A DNA stretch of 64,000 nt from Botryllus schlosseri. Lineage: Eukaryota. The position numbers and the translations under genes are program-made. The notes under the pieces were generated by a model. It was not told the origin of the DNA. It saw only the letters and a list, made by a program, of their open reading frames with translations, and searched no databases. Below are positions 34,581 to 47,465 of the stretch, piece by piece (the first letter of the stretch is position 1; the number at the start of each line of letters is the position of its first letter). The DNA lies in the NCBI GenBank assembly GCA_051294905.1, contig CM119372.1, forward strand, positions 744,001-808,000, written 5' to 3'.

Positions 34581-36171
34581 CAGGGCTTTGGAGCCGGAGC
34601 CGGAGCCCGGAGCCGGAGCCCCGGAGCCGTGCATTTTTACCGGAGCTGGAGCCGGAGCCGGAGCTCCACATAAAATTCATCCAGAGCCGGAGCTGGAGCT
34701 AGTTATTTGAGGGGGAGCTCCGGCTCCGACGTATTTCATAAGATGCTATCATACGGCATAGTTTAATTCGTTATAAGCATGGCGCAATTTACATGGTGCA
34801 GTGTTTAATTCGAGTATTCGATTCGTTTAAACGGGAAAATATTATATTCCGATAAACTAGATCGACACCGTATGGACTGGTAACGAGTGCACCAATATCG
34901 AAAGTCAAACCATTGGCCATTTGGTACAAATCGAATTTCTATTGATCAGGTCGTGATGTCCGCCCATATTGCTCTTACTATACAGTTACAGTTGAATACT
35001 AATCGCTTATTTAAAGATTGAATTGAGCTGTATGGCTTAATGTTAACGAGTACAGTGCCAGTGTTAAAACGCAGCATCAAAATTTTGATACTGTGCTCAG
35101 CAATGAGTTGTAGTAAAGTGCGTTCTAGTACAACTATGAAGTTATCGACAATTGACAAGTATTTATCATGACGTCACAAGCCGACACGGCAGCACCTATG
35201 TCTTCGTTGCTGCATCCGATGTTACTGACAGTTGACAGACTTTAGATTACTATAGATAACTAACCTACGGGTAAATTAGTAATCTATATAGACCAGGTTG
35301 GCCAACCTTTTCGGCTAAAAGGCCAAATGAAATTGACGAACGAATGCGCTGCCCACTAGCCGCGCCAGGCGCGTAAAAATTTCAAAGTTGATATCATTAT
35401 TACTCGGGTATATTGCGGGTCGACTGTATAACGCCCGCTGGGCTTAGTTTGCAAGGACAGGACTATTCGGCATCTGGACATATCGATATCGAAGATTTCC
35501 TTTAAAATACGACAATTAATTTGTGCCTACATTTCATCGTCGACGATCTTTCTGCGAGCGCAAACGCGAAAAGGCTTTCTCTCGTAATTGCGAATATAGT
35601 TAAACCCAATCGGCTAAATCAGGCGTTTTTTCATTTTCAGGAGTGGGTATGCTAAAAAGCAAGAAAGCGTGTGACAATTAAACCCGCGAATCGCAAAAAA
35701 ATTACTACTCTTTTAGTTTATTGTAATGTACGACGATTTACTAAAAATGTGATTGCGGACCATTGATCTGCCAATGCGTCGGAACTGATATTTTAGTCAT
35801 CAACATCCCAAGTGTCGCGGCCAGACTAATCATATTTTTGGTTCGCCTTGCAAGTTCACAATATGAGCATATGATCTGAGCAATTCAATTTCGATAATAT
35901 AACAGCATTTCGATGATATAATGGGAAATTAGCTCGCGGGCTACTCAAAACCGTCTCGCGGCCCACATATAGCCCGCAGGCCGCGGGTTGCCCACCCCTG
36001 ATATAGACAGACACCTTCGATAGTTTTCAGAGCCGGAGCCGGAGCCGGAGCTGGAGCCGGAGCTGTGGAAATAATGCGGCTCCGGAGCTGGAGCGGAGCT
36101 AGTGTATGATAAAAGAAAGCTCCGGAGCCGGAGCTGGAGCAATGCAAATTTACGGCTGCTCCGAAGCCCTG
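34581..36171. mobile_element. Non-autonomous hAT element with GGAGC(C/T) subterminal arrays
   Basis: TIR CAGGGCTT(T/C)GGAGC with perfect TSD CTGGCAGC (34573-34580, 36172-36179). Confidence 0.92.
35294..36000. mobile_element. hAT-Charlie-like MITE nested in the GGAGCC element
   Basis: Termini CAGGTTGGCCAACC / GGTTGCCCACCCCTG with perfect TSD ATATAGAC. Confidence 0.88.
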
Positions 36172-37369
36172 CTGGCAGCCCCCAACAGAGGATGCCATAA
36201 TGTAACTTCGATTGGATTAAGGATTTAAAGAGTATCAGAAGAACCCATGCTGGCATGAAGCGCCTAAGGCTGTAGAACAGGCCGCACTTCGGTGATAGGG
36301 ACTGAATATGACTCTTCCGGGACATGTTCGAGTCCAGTAAAACCCCGAGATATTTGGCATTATCTGTGTTGGAAACGGGCTGACCAGTGATATTAACGGT
36401 TAGATTATTTTTTGAATTTACTGTCAGCAATTGCGATTTCGAGGCGTTTATGCAAAGGTTGTTCTGGGCCGTCCACTCATGGACTTTGGGCATTTGGTCA
36501 ATTGCGATCCTTTTAATCTGATATCCACCTCGGCCTAGAGTGCCCGATGTCACAGCTCTTTTTGATGCTGATCGTTTTGAAGCCGCGGCCCTTTATACTA
36601 GTTCTTTCCATTCCTTTGAGTGCTTTCTTTCGTTGGGTCTTTATCTTGACTTTCTTGTCGCCGTATGAACGGCGACGGCGGGGGAAGAGGAGCCCAGAGT
36701 CCGACGGGAATCCAAGTCGGGCTGATTGACAGGCGCTTATAGTCACCACTACGCTATGCACCCCGCTTTTTTCGACTTGAATGTGGACATGCTTGTCGAC
36801 TGTCGGATAGCCGGCGGGATATGCCTATAGGCGTACTGTTCCACACTTTAGGTCCGGCGTATTTGATAAAGCGGTGCTCTTTTCGGTCGATCATGACAAC
36901 TGGACGACGCGACGCGCGTGTGTCGTAGCCTACGCTTTAGATTCCGAGGTAAAGAAGTCCTTGAAATATTCAGGGCACCGATACCGATCTCTAGCTATAA
37001 CTGGTTTCCCGACCATATATGCCAGAGATATATAGAACTAGAATGTTGCGCATCTATCCCCCATCCGTTAGTTATCATAATATCGCGTATAACAGTATAT
37101 GTAATCACGTAATATATGAGCAATGGGCCTTTTCGACAATCTTACATCGATGGTTGTCACTTTTGTCAATGGTATTCAAGGTTCGCCGTTTCACTGTTAA
37201 TCAGGACCGTAGCTGCAGCACTCAAACTCTCCAATTAGCAGGGGCGAGCTCGAAGGAGGCCCAAAATAATTTCGTGAATTAAAATAAATTATAGTTTTTT
37301 CTTTTCAAATTTATGCCACTTTTATAACAAATTTTGGCGCTACGCGCGATTTCAAGCTGTCAACTATGT

Positions 37370-37860
37370 TCAATTCAATTTATTCTAATAATTTCATCAT
37401 TTCAATACACCACAAGTCAGCGATACCATGAAAGATAGAAAGGTGTCAAACTATAGATAACTAACCTCCTTAGGTTATAGTTATCTATAGTCAAACGACT
37501 TGGAGTAGTCTTCGATACCAGATACCCCCGTGGACTAGGTGATATCAGAAAGGATGACATGCACACTGCATGAAAAGTAAAGGAAGATAGTATCAAAGGA
37601 CATGCAGGTGATAAAAAAACTGGCATCGTGTCGGAAGGCGACATCGATATATGTCATATCGATCGCTACGCGTCGAAAGTTCGGATCGGGATCCGACGCA
37701 GCTCGCTCTGATCAGAAACCACATAGGCTACCTAAACTTTATCGGAGTTACATATCTCCTAGGCCCAGGTGGACGTCTGATTTCAAAGACTGCTCTAAGT
37801 CGTTTCGACACTTTCCTACCTTTTCATTGTATCGCAATCTTGTGGTGTTTTTGAAAGGAT
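37370..37860. mobile_element. Two LINE 3'-end fragments in opposite orientations
   Basis: Match the 3'UTR of the LINE family (CAATACACCACAA...GAAAGATAG...; AAGACT...AGTCGTTTCGACAC). Confidence 0.65.
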
Positions 37861-38933
37861 AAAATTAGAATATACCCAACTGGAGTAGGTGAATTCTGAA
37901 CACAAACAGTCAAACACCTTGGCAATAATGATACAAAACGTTTTCCGCAGGTAGGTGAGATTATTGCCAGCATCTCTCTACTGTAATACCCGTCACAGCG
38001 AAACGAGTCAATCGGTCAAACAATATATCTTTTCCATGTATATTTCAGACTTTACCTTGTCTGTTTTGCCGCTTTCCAATACGATCGTTTGACGTATCGT
38101 ATATGACTATGCCAGTGTGCTGTGCTCAAGTCGCAAATTTGCAGTCGGAACGTTAGCTGTTTTCATACGCTCAAACCGTCACGTCCTACTCGGACGACAT
38201 AAAATGACTGACGGGTCATATCTGGTCCAAGGGGTTGTCACTACTGCGCAGGCCTACAGGTTCATACTTGAAACATTTACAACGGCGATTTCAAAACCTT
38301 CCACGACGCCCATCAAATCTTTTCAGAGAGCCGTGAATAATTTATCAACACCACGTCTAATCCACCATAACAAAAAAAATATAAAAGCAATAAGCTACCA
38401 GTTGGTCTAGACTTTGTTTTATGAATCAATAACATTAATATTTTAAAATTTGCCAACTGCTAAAAGAGGGAAGTATGTTTAAAGTTATATTAAGCTTGGC
38501 TATTGCACCATCATGTTTCTTGTGTGTTGTTATATCATTTTATCATTTTGACTTCCAATTACTGTTTTAAAATTATACTAAAATAACGGTTCCTAATTTT
38601 TTTCAAAAGATCGAAAAATCGGCAAGTTATCGAATTCTCAAAATTTTCAAAGAGGCCTAGGTATGAGAAAGGTGGGGAAACTCTCGTTTGCAAGATCACG
38701 CTCGATAAATTGGTGCACCATATATTTTATAACGTCGTTTGTGATGAGAACTTTCAATTGGTGTTATTCACGTAACTGACGGAGACATTGTGGATTGTGA
38801 TAGGCTTCCAGTGCGCCTTGCCAGTCAAATTATAGCTAGTTGCGAACGGTTTTCAATGGTCTCCCAACTGTTACGGGTTGACACGTCTGCGTTTCATGGG
38901 CGTGACCATCCTCTACTGCGTGGCGAGCCCAGT

Positions 38934-41900
38934 TCACGGCTGATCCGTAGTCAAGGCGTCGTCAGCCCCCCATTTCGCCAACCGATGCCACCTCGCCTGT
39001 GGCTTGTTGCTAAGAAGGTCCACCCAGTGGTCATATTCATCTCCGGTGGCGTGCTGGCCGATTTCAAGATAACCGATCGTCTCTTTGCGCGATCCGCGTT
39101 GAATTTTCACTCTGAAGAGAACAGATATGACCTTGAGCATGTCTGAAATAGGAGGGTTAAAAGGGAACAGCGCAATAGTCAAAGCTATACAACTATCGAA
39201 AATTTTCAGCCTTTCCAGATTATATTATAAGTATATAATAGCAGCGACCCAGTTTTTTCTTCTTCAAATTTGGTTAGAATAAGAATCGCAAAAAACTTGG
39301 AAATTGAATTAAATTTCAAATGAGAAAGAAATACAATAAAGATCAAGTTCACTTCATATCAAATCAGAATTAATTCTTACAAGAATGAGAATGGCCAATG
39401 TCCAAAACACCGAGCTTGGACTCGTTTCGTACGATACACTTCAGTAGGCTTTTCAAGTAAGCCAGAAGTGAGATCTAGTACAAGTCCGTCTGCGTTGGCA
39501 ACCAAAACGTTTTTAACAATTTCCACTTCAATTTGACCACACGTGGTATTTAGACCGCAGTGTCATATAAGGGATCAAGATACAAACCCTGAATCGTGAA
39601 CGATGTAAAGTTGAATCTCAATTTGAGGTAGAACATCAAGCGGAATAGCAAAGTTGATCGCTTGGTTATAGATAGGATTCGACGTCTTGCGCTTTGTAGA
39701 TGTTTTCTTCTTTTTGAGGAGGTTGCCGTCGTGCAGAATCGCAACCCGGATGTAGGGATCTGCACGAGATGCCAGCTTTGTTAGATTCGGGTTCATGTAC
39801 AGAGGTACAAACGAACTAGTAAGAGATAGCGTAGTGGTATAATCCACAGCTACAACATCAAAGGTTTGTGGGTTCGAGTCCGACCGAGTGTTGGAGGTTT
39901 ATCTAGGCTTCTTATCGCCATCTCATCCGTGTAAGCGGTGTCTTACAAGCCTAGAAGTGAGCCGTGCTGCAAGTCAGCAGCTACGGAATTGAAATGAAGA
40001 ACATTGGCTTGGTGTGAATGACAATACGAGTCGACAAACACCATGAATACAACAAACAAAGAAACTTCAGCATACAAAAGTATAATACATTCAAATTGAA
40101 ATAAACCCGAATATTCTCGGGGTAAGATAATGGTTCGGGCTGTCTCACGTGATTATTATGAAGATTAAACTCTTTCCCAAAAATTACTTCCTACTTTTCG
40201 AATCTAAATTGTAAAAAAGGCGTAGTTTTAACCCTAAAAACTGTCAAGTAGAAGTAGAAGTATATATTCTGAAAACAGAAGAACTTGAGCAAGTAAAACA
40301 AGCAGCAAAACATACTTGAGTACTCAAAATAAGTGGAAACACTTCGTCTCTGGCCAATTCTGCTCGTGGAACCTGGTGACATCACTCACCTGGTAGCTTG
40401 CTCTCCTCCCCGTCGCTGATTTGTTGTAAATTTCTAGCTTTTAGGAGGACGACCGTGAGTTTCTCAGCGCTCGGTAGATAACCGAGTCGAAGAAGAAGAT
40501 CTCCGTGATTGACTTGCATCTGGAACAGGAGCCGCGTATATATGGTAACTTATAAACAGGACTGTTATTTTGTGAATTGGAAAAATATATCGAAAATTCT
40601 GCCACATTTTGCCATAAAAAAAAACTCTTTGGCAAGATTTTGGAGTACCAAAAAGTCGAAATTTATTGTGGTACACCGAGAGATAGTCTGCTAAATTTTC
40701 TAAGTCATTCATTGAAATTTATGTCTATTCGGAACAGCACAAGATTGCGATTTAATGAAAATGATAGGAACCGTGGGTCCTTATGAGCGACAAGAATGTA
40801 CGCAGCAACAGTTGTTTTTGGATAATCATTTTAAACTAACACCATCATTTTGATAAATACTCAAAAAGCAATTGCCCTACTTTTAAACATATGCCTATAT
40901 AATTGTATATGGTGGTTTAACTCAATACAACCAAATACTCAACTAAACGCATAATTGTACTTATATTTTGATTGCCTTATCACAGCCAAATACTCCAATA
41001 AATACATAATTGTGGAATTCCTACCTCGGACGACTCTGGTCTCGCCATAGTGATTCTTCGCCAAAGGTCTATCTTGCCCTGACTCAGGTCGATCTCGGCT
41101 AGTCTCTGATGGACGTACCCCAGAAGCTCGTCGCGAGACGTTTGTTCGAACACAAAGAAACCGAGCTGAGAATGGAGGATTCGCGGACATATTGGAAGCA
41201 GTTCGATTCCATATGAAACTGGAGAGTTACGCGGTGCATCCCCCGATTCATATAGGCTGTTCGGCAAGATATCGTAATGGTGAAGCGTCAGGCTTCTTGA
41301 TCGGTAGGTCGTGGATTCATTCCCCGGTCGGGTCAGACCAAAGCCTTGATTAGTAACACTGGTATCCATGACTTCTCTGCTTGGCGCACATGCACTACTG
41401 GGATAGCATGGAAGGGTGGTGCCAGACCTAGAAAGCCTTACAAGGCTGTCCAGCGACATATGCATATCATGCACTCGATGGTATGCATATGTACACCGAT
41501 CGTGCGTATGTTTAGCATGGACTGGTGTATATGCCACAAAAAATATCAAGGACAAAATGAAAAAAATAAACTATGCGTACTTTCTTGTCGGAAATTATTG
41601 ATATACTCAGACATTTGATAAACTCCACCAAAAAAGGACAATAATATAATTCTAGTTTTTGTTAGACTGCGTAGTGCCGGTAAACTTATTATGATCAAAT
41701 TTGTGAAATGTTTTTATGCTCTCATTTCGATTTTAATTTAATTTAGGGTTTTCTTGAAAATGATACCGCAGAACTGTATCGTGCGAAGCGAGCCAAGCTT
41801 GGTGTACAGACATTCGCCATTATCATGCTTATGATAATAAACACTGATTTCATATGCACGGTATTTTTGTTGATTTTTTTTTAATGTGGAATTTCATTCA

Positions 41901-44900
41901 ATTTCCAAGTTGTTTCGAATTCATTGATTCTAATGCTAATCTAACGTGGAAGAGCTGAAAATTTTCAACAGTAGTCCACTCTGAACGCCACAGTTTGAAC
42001 ACAATACGCTATAGTGTGTTGAACATTTCTATGAGGACATTGCTTCGCGAGATTCATCGGCTAAATTGTATTAAATTTTTTTTTTCTGTAGCAGCCACTA
42101 TGGAACTCCAGTGTTGAGGAAACTGTTGGTAGGGCTGGAAAATTCTAGTACCTGAGTAATTCGATTCTGAATCTTCGTGGCAAGGAGCGTATAAATTCAG
42201 TACTCAAAAATCATTTCTTACTCCTCGACCGGAATAAGTAGAACGAATAATCGATTCAATATTATAGTACTCGAAGCCACTGACTTCTATCGTGGCCCGC
42301 TCGAGCTCTGTCCGAGAAATGTTGAAGCTGAACATCTCGTTGAAGTTGGGATCGAAAGACCTTTTTGCTTTGGTTTTCTTCTCCACGTTTCCGGGCTTCA
42401 CTGATACGGTGCAGTAGACATCGCTCGGACCTTTCATATTAAAGATATTTAGACTCTTATGGTAATATTGTTGTGGACTCGGATAGCTTGGACAGACAAC
42501 TCTTGTTGACAAAGTAGACCAGGGGTTCGTTAAATTGGAGTTCATGGACCTCTTGGATGTCCAAGGACTATAATTGTGTTCCGTGATAGAGCAATGTTGA
42601 AAGTGCAGCTATAAACCATAACAGTACATAGTCCTTATATGCCCATTCTATTTCTATTTTCAGTGCTCACCATTGGCCAAAATAGCGACATTGACAATGT
42701 TTCTATGCTCTAATTTTCATTCTAATCTAATTTCCGGTATTCCTGAAGATGCTACAGGACAACTGTATCGATCCAAGCTTGCTGTGTAAAAATTTGTCAT
42801 TTACGTTCTTATGGATATGAACTGAACTCTGATTTGACATCAACTGGACTTGGTTTTTGTTGTAATTCTTTCTGATTCGGAAATTAATTCAATTTACAAG
42901 ATCTTGCGAATTCAGTAATTCTAATTCCAGCCCGATTTGAAAATATGTGTCGCTATCATTCCAATATTAATCTAATTTTGGAAAGCTGAAATATTCTAGT
43001 TGTCCAAATCTGTTGTGGGCAAGAATAAACTTTGTCTAAACGGATTTAGCGACAACAAAACTAATACGCGCGTTTGATCAAACTCCGGGAGTTATACAAC
43101 GTGATACCAAAAATTTCTCATATAACCCACGTGAACCTAGAGAAAACTTGGTTTCAAAGAAACTTTACACCCAAAATTCAATAATATCGCCAATATCTCT
43201 TAACAAGAGGATTCTAGTCACCCGCGTCAGCGCTTAAACGCAAATGCTTGGCTTCCATGACGCGTATCTTCAGAATTGTGCACTCCTCGTCAAATTCGAC
43301 CGAGAAGATGACTTGCGGAGGCCGCTTTCCAGTGGACGAAGTCGAGCTCTGAACGAAAAAGACATTTTTGACATGAAACCATGAACTGTTTTTCCTTCGT
43401 TGCCTATTGTTTCGTTCGCTCGTAAACATATAATAAATTACTGTTTACATTTGCATCCGCACATATCTCAAAAGAGTGATACTGAAAAATTTGGTGACTT
43501 CAAATTGACACGAAACCGCCAAATCTGAGATGACTCGACTTGACTCCTGTCACGTTGCCAATTTGCGTGACTTGGCTTGAAATGGGTGAAGTGATTCGAC
43601 TCAGTCGAAATACGCATTGACTCGAAATGACTTGCGACTTGCAAGTAGTAACATATATGCGATAAGTTACAGTTAGGCCTAATTCATGCCGAAAATTGAT
43701 GTGCGGGTGGATGGCGGTATTCTGATCCTAGTCTATTTTGTAAATTGTTTTTGTGCCCTAATTTTACTCTAATCTCATATCTGGTTTTCCTGAAAATGCT
43801 ATAGCACGAAACCAGCCATATTTGCCATATTTGCATATTTGCCATTCTCCTACTTCAGAGAATGAACTCTGGATTGATATGGACTGAACTGGAATTTTTG
43901 TGGTGGGCCGACTTCTTTCTAATTCGGAAATGAATTCAATTTCCAAGTTTTTAACGAAATCGTTCATTCTAATTCTAATATAATTTAGAGAAGCTGAAAA
44001 TTTCCTAGGTGTCCAACTGTGGCGCGTGATTCTACGAACCAAATGTTCGCAAAGCGGCATGTCGGATCGCTATCGTGATGAAATCTTATTGTCGTGAATC
44101 TGATTTCCTCGGTCTCATTTTTGTATGCTTATTGACCATTGTCCTTTTCCTTTACAAAATCTTTTACTGGGATGCAAAAGATCATCACGTGATAAGCACC
44201 TAAGTTTTTCTTTAATAAACGACAACAATATCGGATTGAAAAGAGCTGAATAAAAGCATAATTATCATAGTAAGTATTTACTTTTTCTTCGTAGTCCGCT
44301 GAATACATCCTCGGGTCGAAATCTTCTGGATTCAAAGGCCTATACATCGATGGCTTGCCCGACGAATCTGCTGAAAGAAACACAGATTCGTAACACTCCG
44401 GAGTAGCCTACTACAGCTTTTCAACCTACGGATAGATGCTCATCACTACGTGACTCCAAGACTATAGGTAACTAAATGTCGAAATATGGGGCTACGCTAT
44501 AGATCACTGTTATGTATTTTCGGCATCGGTGCGACAGTAGTTCATGACCACGTTTAATCGATTTTCGCTCGTTTCGCAAGTTATAATACCACAATATCTG
44601 TTTCCGAATCTATCGGTAAACAGTACCCGTACCGATAACCATCCCATTATACCCGACCATGTAGTAAAGTGTTTCGCATCTATCCTTAGGTTAGTTATCT
44701 TTGGCAGAACCAACCTTCTTCTCCATCGAGTTCTCTTGAGGTGAACTGCTGTCCTGGTACAGCGGTCTGGACAAAGTTGGTTGTCACTTCTGGATAATTC
44801 GCTATCATTTCGGACCTGAAAATATCAACTATCACTTTCTGTTGGAAAGCAAAGCTTAAATAAATGTAGATCTGTGCAAACAACCTATCCAGATAGTTGA

Positions 44901-45563
44901 CGGTCAGCCAACCACTGTTTTTTTACCATGTCTAGTTGCGGATTTTCACAAAAGTTGTTCTAGTTGAGATTTGTAATAACAATTAGTTTTCGAACAACTA
45001 GAAAACGCGTGTCGTCGTTTGTCGCGAATCGTTATACCGCTGTCCTGTTGTGTGATGTTCTTGCAGCCATTGCTAAGTTCTAATTCTAGTTCTACTCCTA
45101 GTTTGAGTCTTGAAAAGTGAATAGTTATAGTTTAAGTTGCGAGTTTAGAAAAGTAAATAGTCCTATATAGTTCTATAGTTGCGAGTTTTGAAAAGTGAGT
45201 CCGAGTAGTTCTAGCTCTAGATCTAATTGCGTATTTTGAAAAGTGAGTAATTCTATTTCTAGTTGCGCATTTTGTAAAGTGAATATAGTTCTAGTTCCAT
45301 TTATAGTTGCAAGTTTTGATAATTGAGTTGGAGTAGTTTCTAGTTCTAGTTCTATTTGCACATTTTGAAAATCCAATAGTTTGTACAATTCTTTACCCTG
45401 CTGCAGTAGATCGATACTTGAAGGCGTATTTGTCGAACAACTTTGCGCACACCTCGTCTTCATTCTTCTTTCTTCGGTAATAATAAATGAAACCCAGAAA
45501 TAATAAAACTGCTATTATGACGACGACTACGATCGCCGCTATCAACCCGGGTGGGAGAGTCAT
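38934..45563 (-). CDS. Synaptotagmin-family protein (N-terminal TM + C2A + C2B), 9 coding exons
   Basis: Exon 1 (45396-45563) encodes MTLPPGLIAAIVVVVIIAVLLFLGFIYYYRRKK. C2A: MEAKHL...SDVYC...KKTKAKRSFDPNFNEMFSF. C2B: GDLLLRLGYLPSAEKLTVVLLKARNL...DPYIRV...KKKKTSTKRKTSNPIYNQ...DHW...ARWHRL. All junctions are GT-AG and in phase. Confidence 0.9.
39822..40070 (+). mobile_element. tRNA-derived SINE (second family)
   Basis: A box TAGCGTAGTGG, B box GGTTCGAGTCC, followed by a body and a CAA/ACAA-rich tail. Confidence 0.65.
41270..41440 (+). mobile_element. Diverged copy of the tRNA-SINE at 358-621
   Basis: GTAATGG...GCGTC.GGCTTCT.GA.CGGTAGGTCGTGG.TTC..TCCCCGG.CGGGTCA.ACCAAAG aligns with the first copy. 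Confidence 0.75.
45085..45375. repeat. TTCTAG/GTTGCGAGTTTTGAAAAGTGA minisatellite-like dispersed repeat
   Basis: ~35-bp degenerate units; related arrays at ~27960-28010 and ~59260-59430. Confidence 0.6.
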
Positions 45564-46971
45564 AATAGCAGTAGCGATCTAGCACACGAGCGACTGGTTG
45601 GTGTGCATCGTCACGCAGCAGGGTACGGACTACGGGCGAACATAAAATTATATCTAAACACAAAGCACAAACACAATGAGTGATGTAAACCAATTTTCAA
45701 GTGATCGCCGCGCTATAAAATCGAGATGTAGCCTATCGTTTCGATTGTCCTGGCTTGCCGAACCTGCTATCTACAGGTAATTCTAATTGTCGGATTAGTT
45801 AGAGCTGTAGAGCTGTATTGCGTGAAGCGAGCTGAGCTCGATGTACAGACAATTACGATCCTCGTGTTTACGAGAATCAACTCTGGTTTGATATGAACTG
45901 AACGTGATTTTCGTTGTAGGCCTACACCTTTCTAACTCGGATTTGAATTCAGTTTCCAAGTCATTGCGTATTCAGTAGTTCTAATTCTAATCTTGTGTAG
46001 CGATAGTTCCAATTCTAAATAAACTTGGAAAAGCCGAACAATTTCTAGTTGTCAAACCCTGATCAAAAGTAGGGCGGTTGGCCCAGTGACCATTTCTTGT
46101 CTAGCGCAAAAGTCCGGTGGTAACATAACAATAGAATACAAGTAAAAGTTTGCTACAGCCATGTATTCATCACAACGCGGCCCGCGCTTCAGTACAAAAC
46201 AGGATTTCCTCATTCCTGGCAAATGCAGGCTTGACAAAATCCAGGTTATTGTTCGTCGAATACGGCTTCCTGGTGGGCGACGGAAGCAAAACAATAATGT
46301 GTTTTGAAATATGTGCAGATTCAAATCGATGGACAGCAGACTACTAGATTATTCTATACATCTAAGTCTAATTACACTACTTAGAGTAAGTGTGCTGGTA
46401 ATCTAATACTAATCTAATTAGTGAAATGTTTCTTTAGGCTGTCTAATTCTAAGCTAGTTTCTGGCTTTCCTGAAAATGCCACATGAAAACTGTATAGTGC
46501 GAAACGAGCAAGGTTGATAAACAAACATTTGCCATTCTCGCACTTACGAGCATGAGCTCTGATTTGATATGAACTGCATGCACTTGATTGTTGCAGTATT
46601 TCTTTCTCCGAACCTCAATTTGACATATACCTTGCTTATCGACACATTCATTTTTATCAGTTGTTTTTTTGTTAAATCCGATATTACTTTCCATCCAGTA
46701 CGTACAATGTACATGCCTCTTTAGATCGCCCAGGCCCATGTGGGTGTCTATTTGCAAAGACTACTTCAAGTCGTTTCGACACCATCCTATCTGTTGATTG
46801 TATCGAAGTCTTGAGGTGATTTGAAATGAGATTATTATTATTAACTCATACTGATAGGTATAAGTCGAAATTTCTGATGGTAATCTAATTTGTAAAAAAA
46901 AGACGCGGTGTATAGATATCATTCTAATTCTAATCTAACAGTGAAACGCGGGGCATTTTCAAACTGTCCGA

Positions 46972-47465
46972 TAGGGGTCTTCAAAAATGACTTTTTTTCT
47001 CAAATTGTACTGGCTACTTGATAAAACTGTTAGGTTACCTAATTTAAGCCTGCACACCAAATTTGGTTCATTTCCAATCAGTGGAACCCGAGTTATTGGC
47101 GTCAAAAAATTTGGATTTGGATAAAATAGTATTTGAAGAATTGGTCACCGTAAATGCAATTCCATTGATAATCGAAATTTTTGGGCGGCGATAACTCCGC
47201 TTCCACTGGTTGGAATTGAGCCAAATTTGGTGAACATCGTTTCTATAGACAACCTAACACTTTCATGGGGTGAACAGAAAATTTTGAAATTTTTGCTAAT
47301 TTATATTTATATAATAAATAGAAACTTCGTTCTCCTGTAGCAATGCGGCTACTGGCTGGAATTGAACCAAATTTGGTGTGTAGGCTTACATTAGGTAACC
47401 TAACAATTTTATAAAGTAGCCAGTACAATTTGAGAAAGAAAGTCATTTTTGAAGACCGGCCCCTA
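46972..47465. mobile_element. Internally deleted copy of the 21730-22383 fold-back MITE
   Basis: Same termini (...TCTTCAAAAATGACTTT / AAAGTCATTTTTGAAGA...) with degenerate TSD CTGTCCGA/CTGTCCAT. Confidence 0.8.

Larger units (their letters stand above)
33470..36990 (-). mobile_element. Nested CR1/L2-type LINE complex with reverse-transcriptase C-terminal remnant
   Basis: 36180-36510 encodes VHEWTAQNNLCINASKSQLL...AKYLGVLLDSNMS...LIQSKLHYGILCWG, which continues after the hAT insertion at 34572 (KVLRII...IAKFMYQF...SIKYAGLDVWNSIP), then the 3'UTR and an (ATG)n tail at ~33875. An older copy is split into 33470-33773 and 36768-36990. Confidence 0.85.

Noticed and set aside
35941..36198. ORFs with APAPAP / SGSGSG repeats
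   Set aside because: They are translations of the GGAGCC subterminal arrays of a hAT element.
45173..45463. 96-aa ORF with FQNxQLELEL repeats
   Set aside because: It is a reading of the intronic TTCTAG minisatellite joined out of frame to synaptotagmin exon 1.
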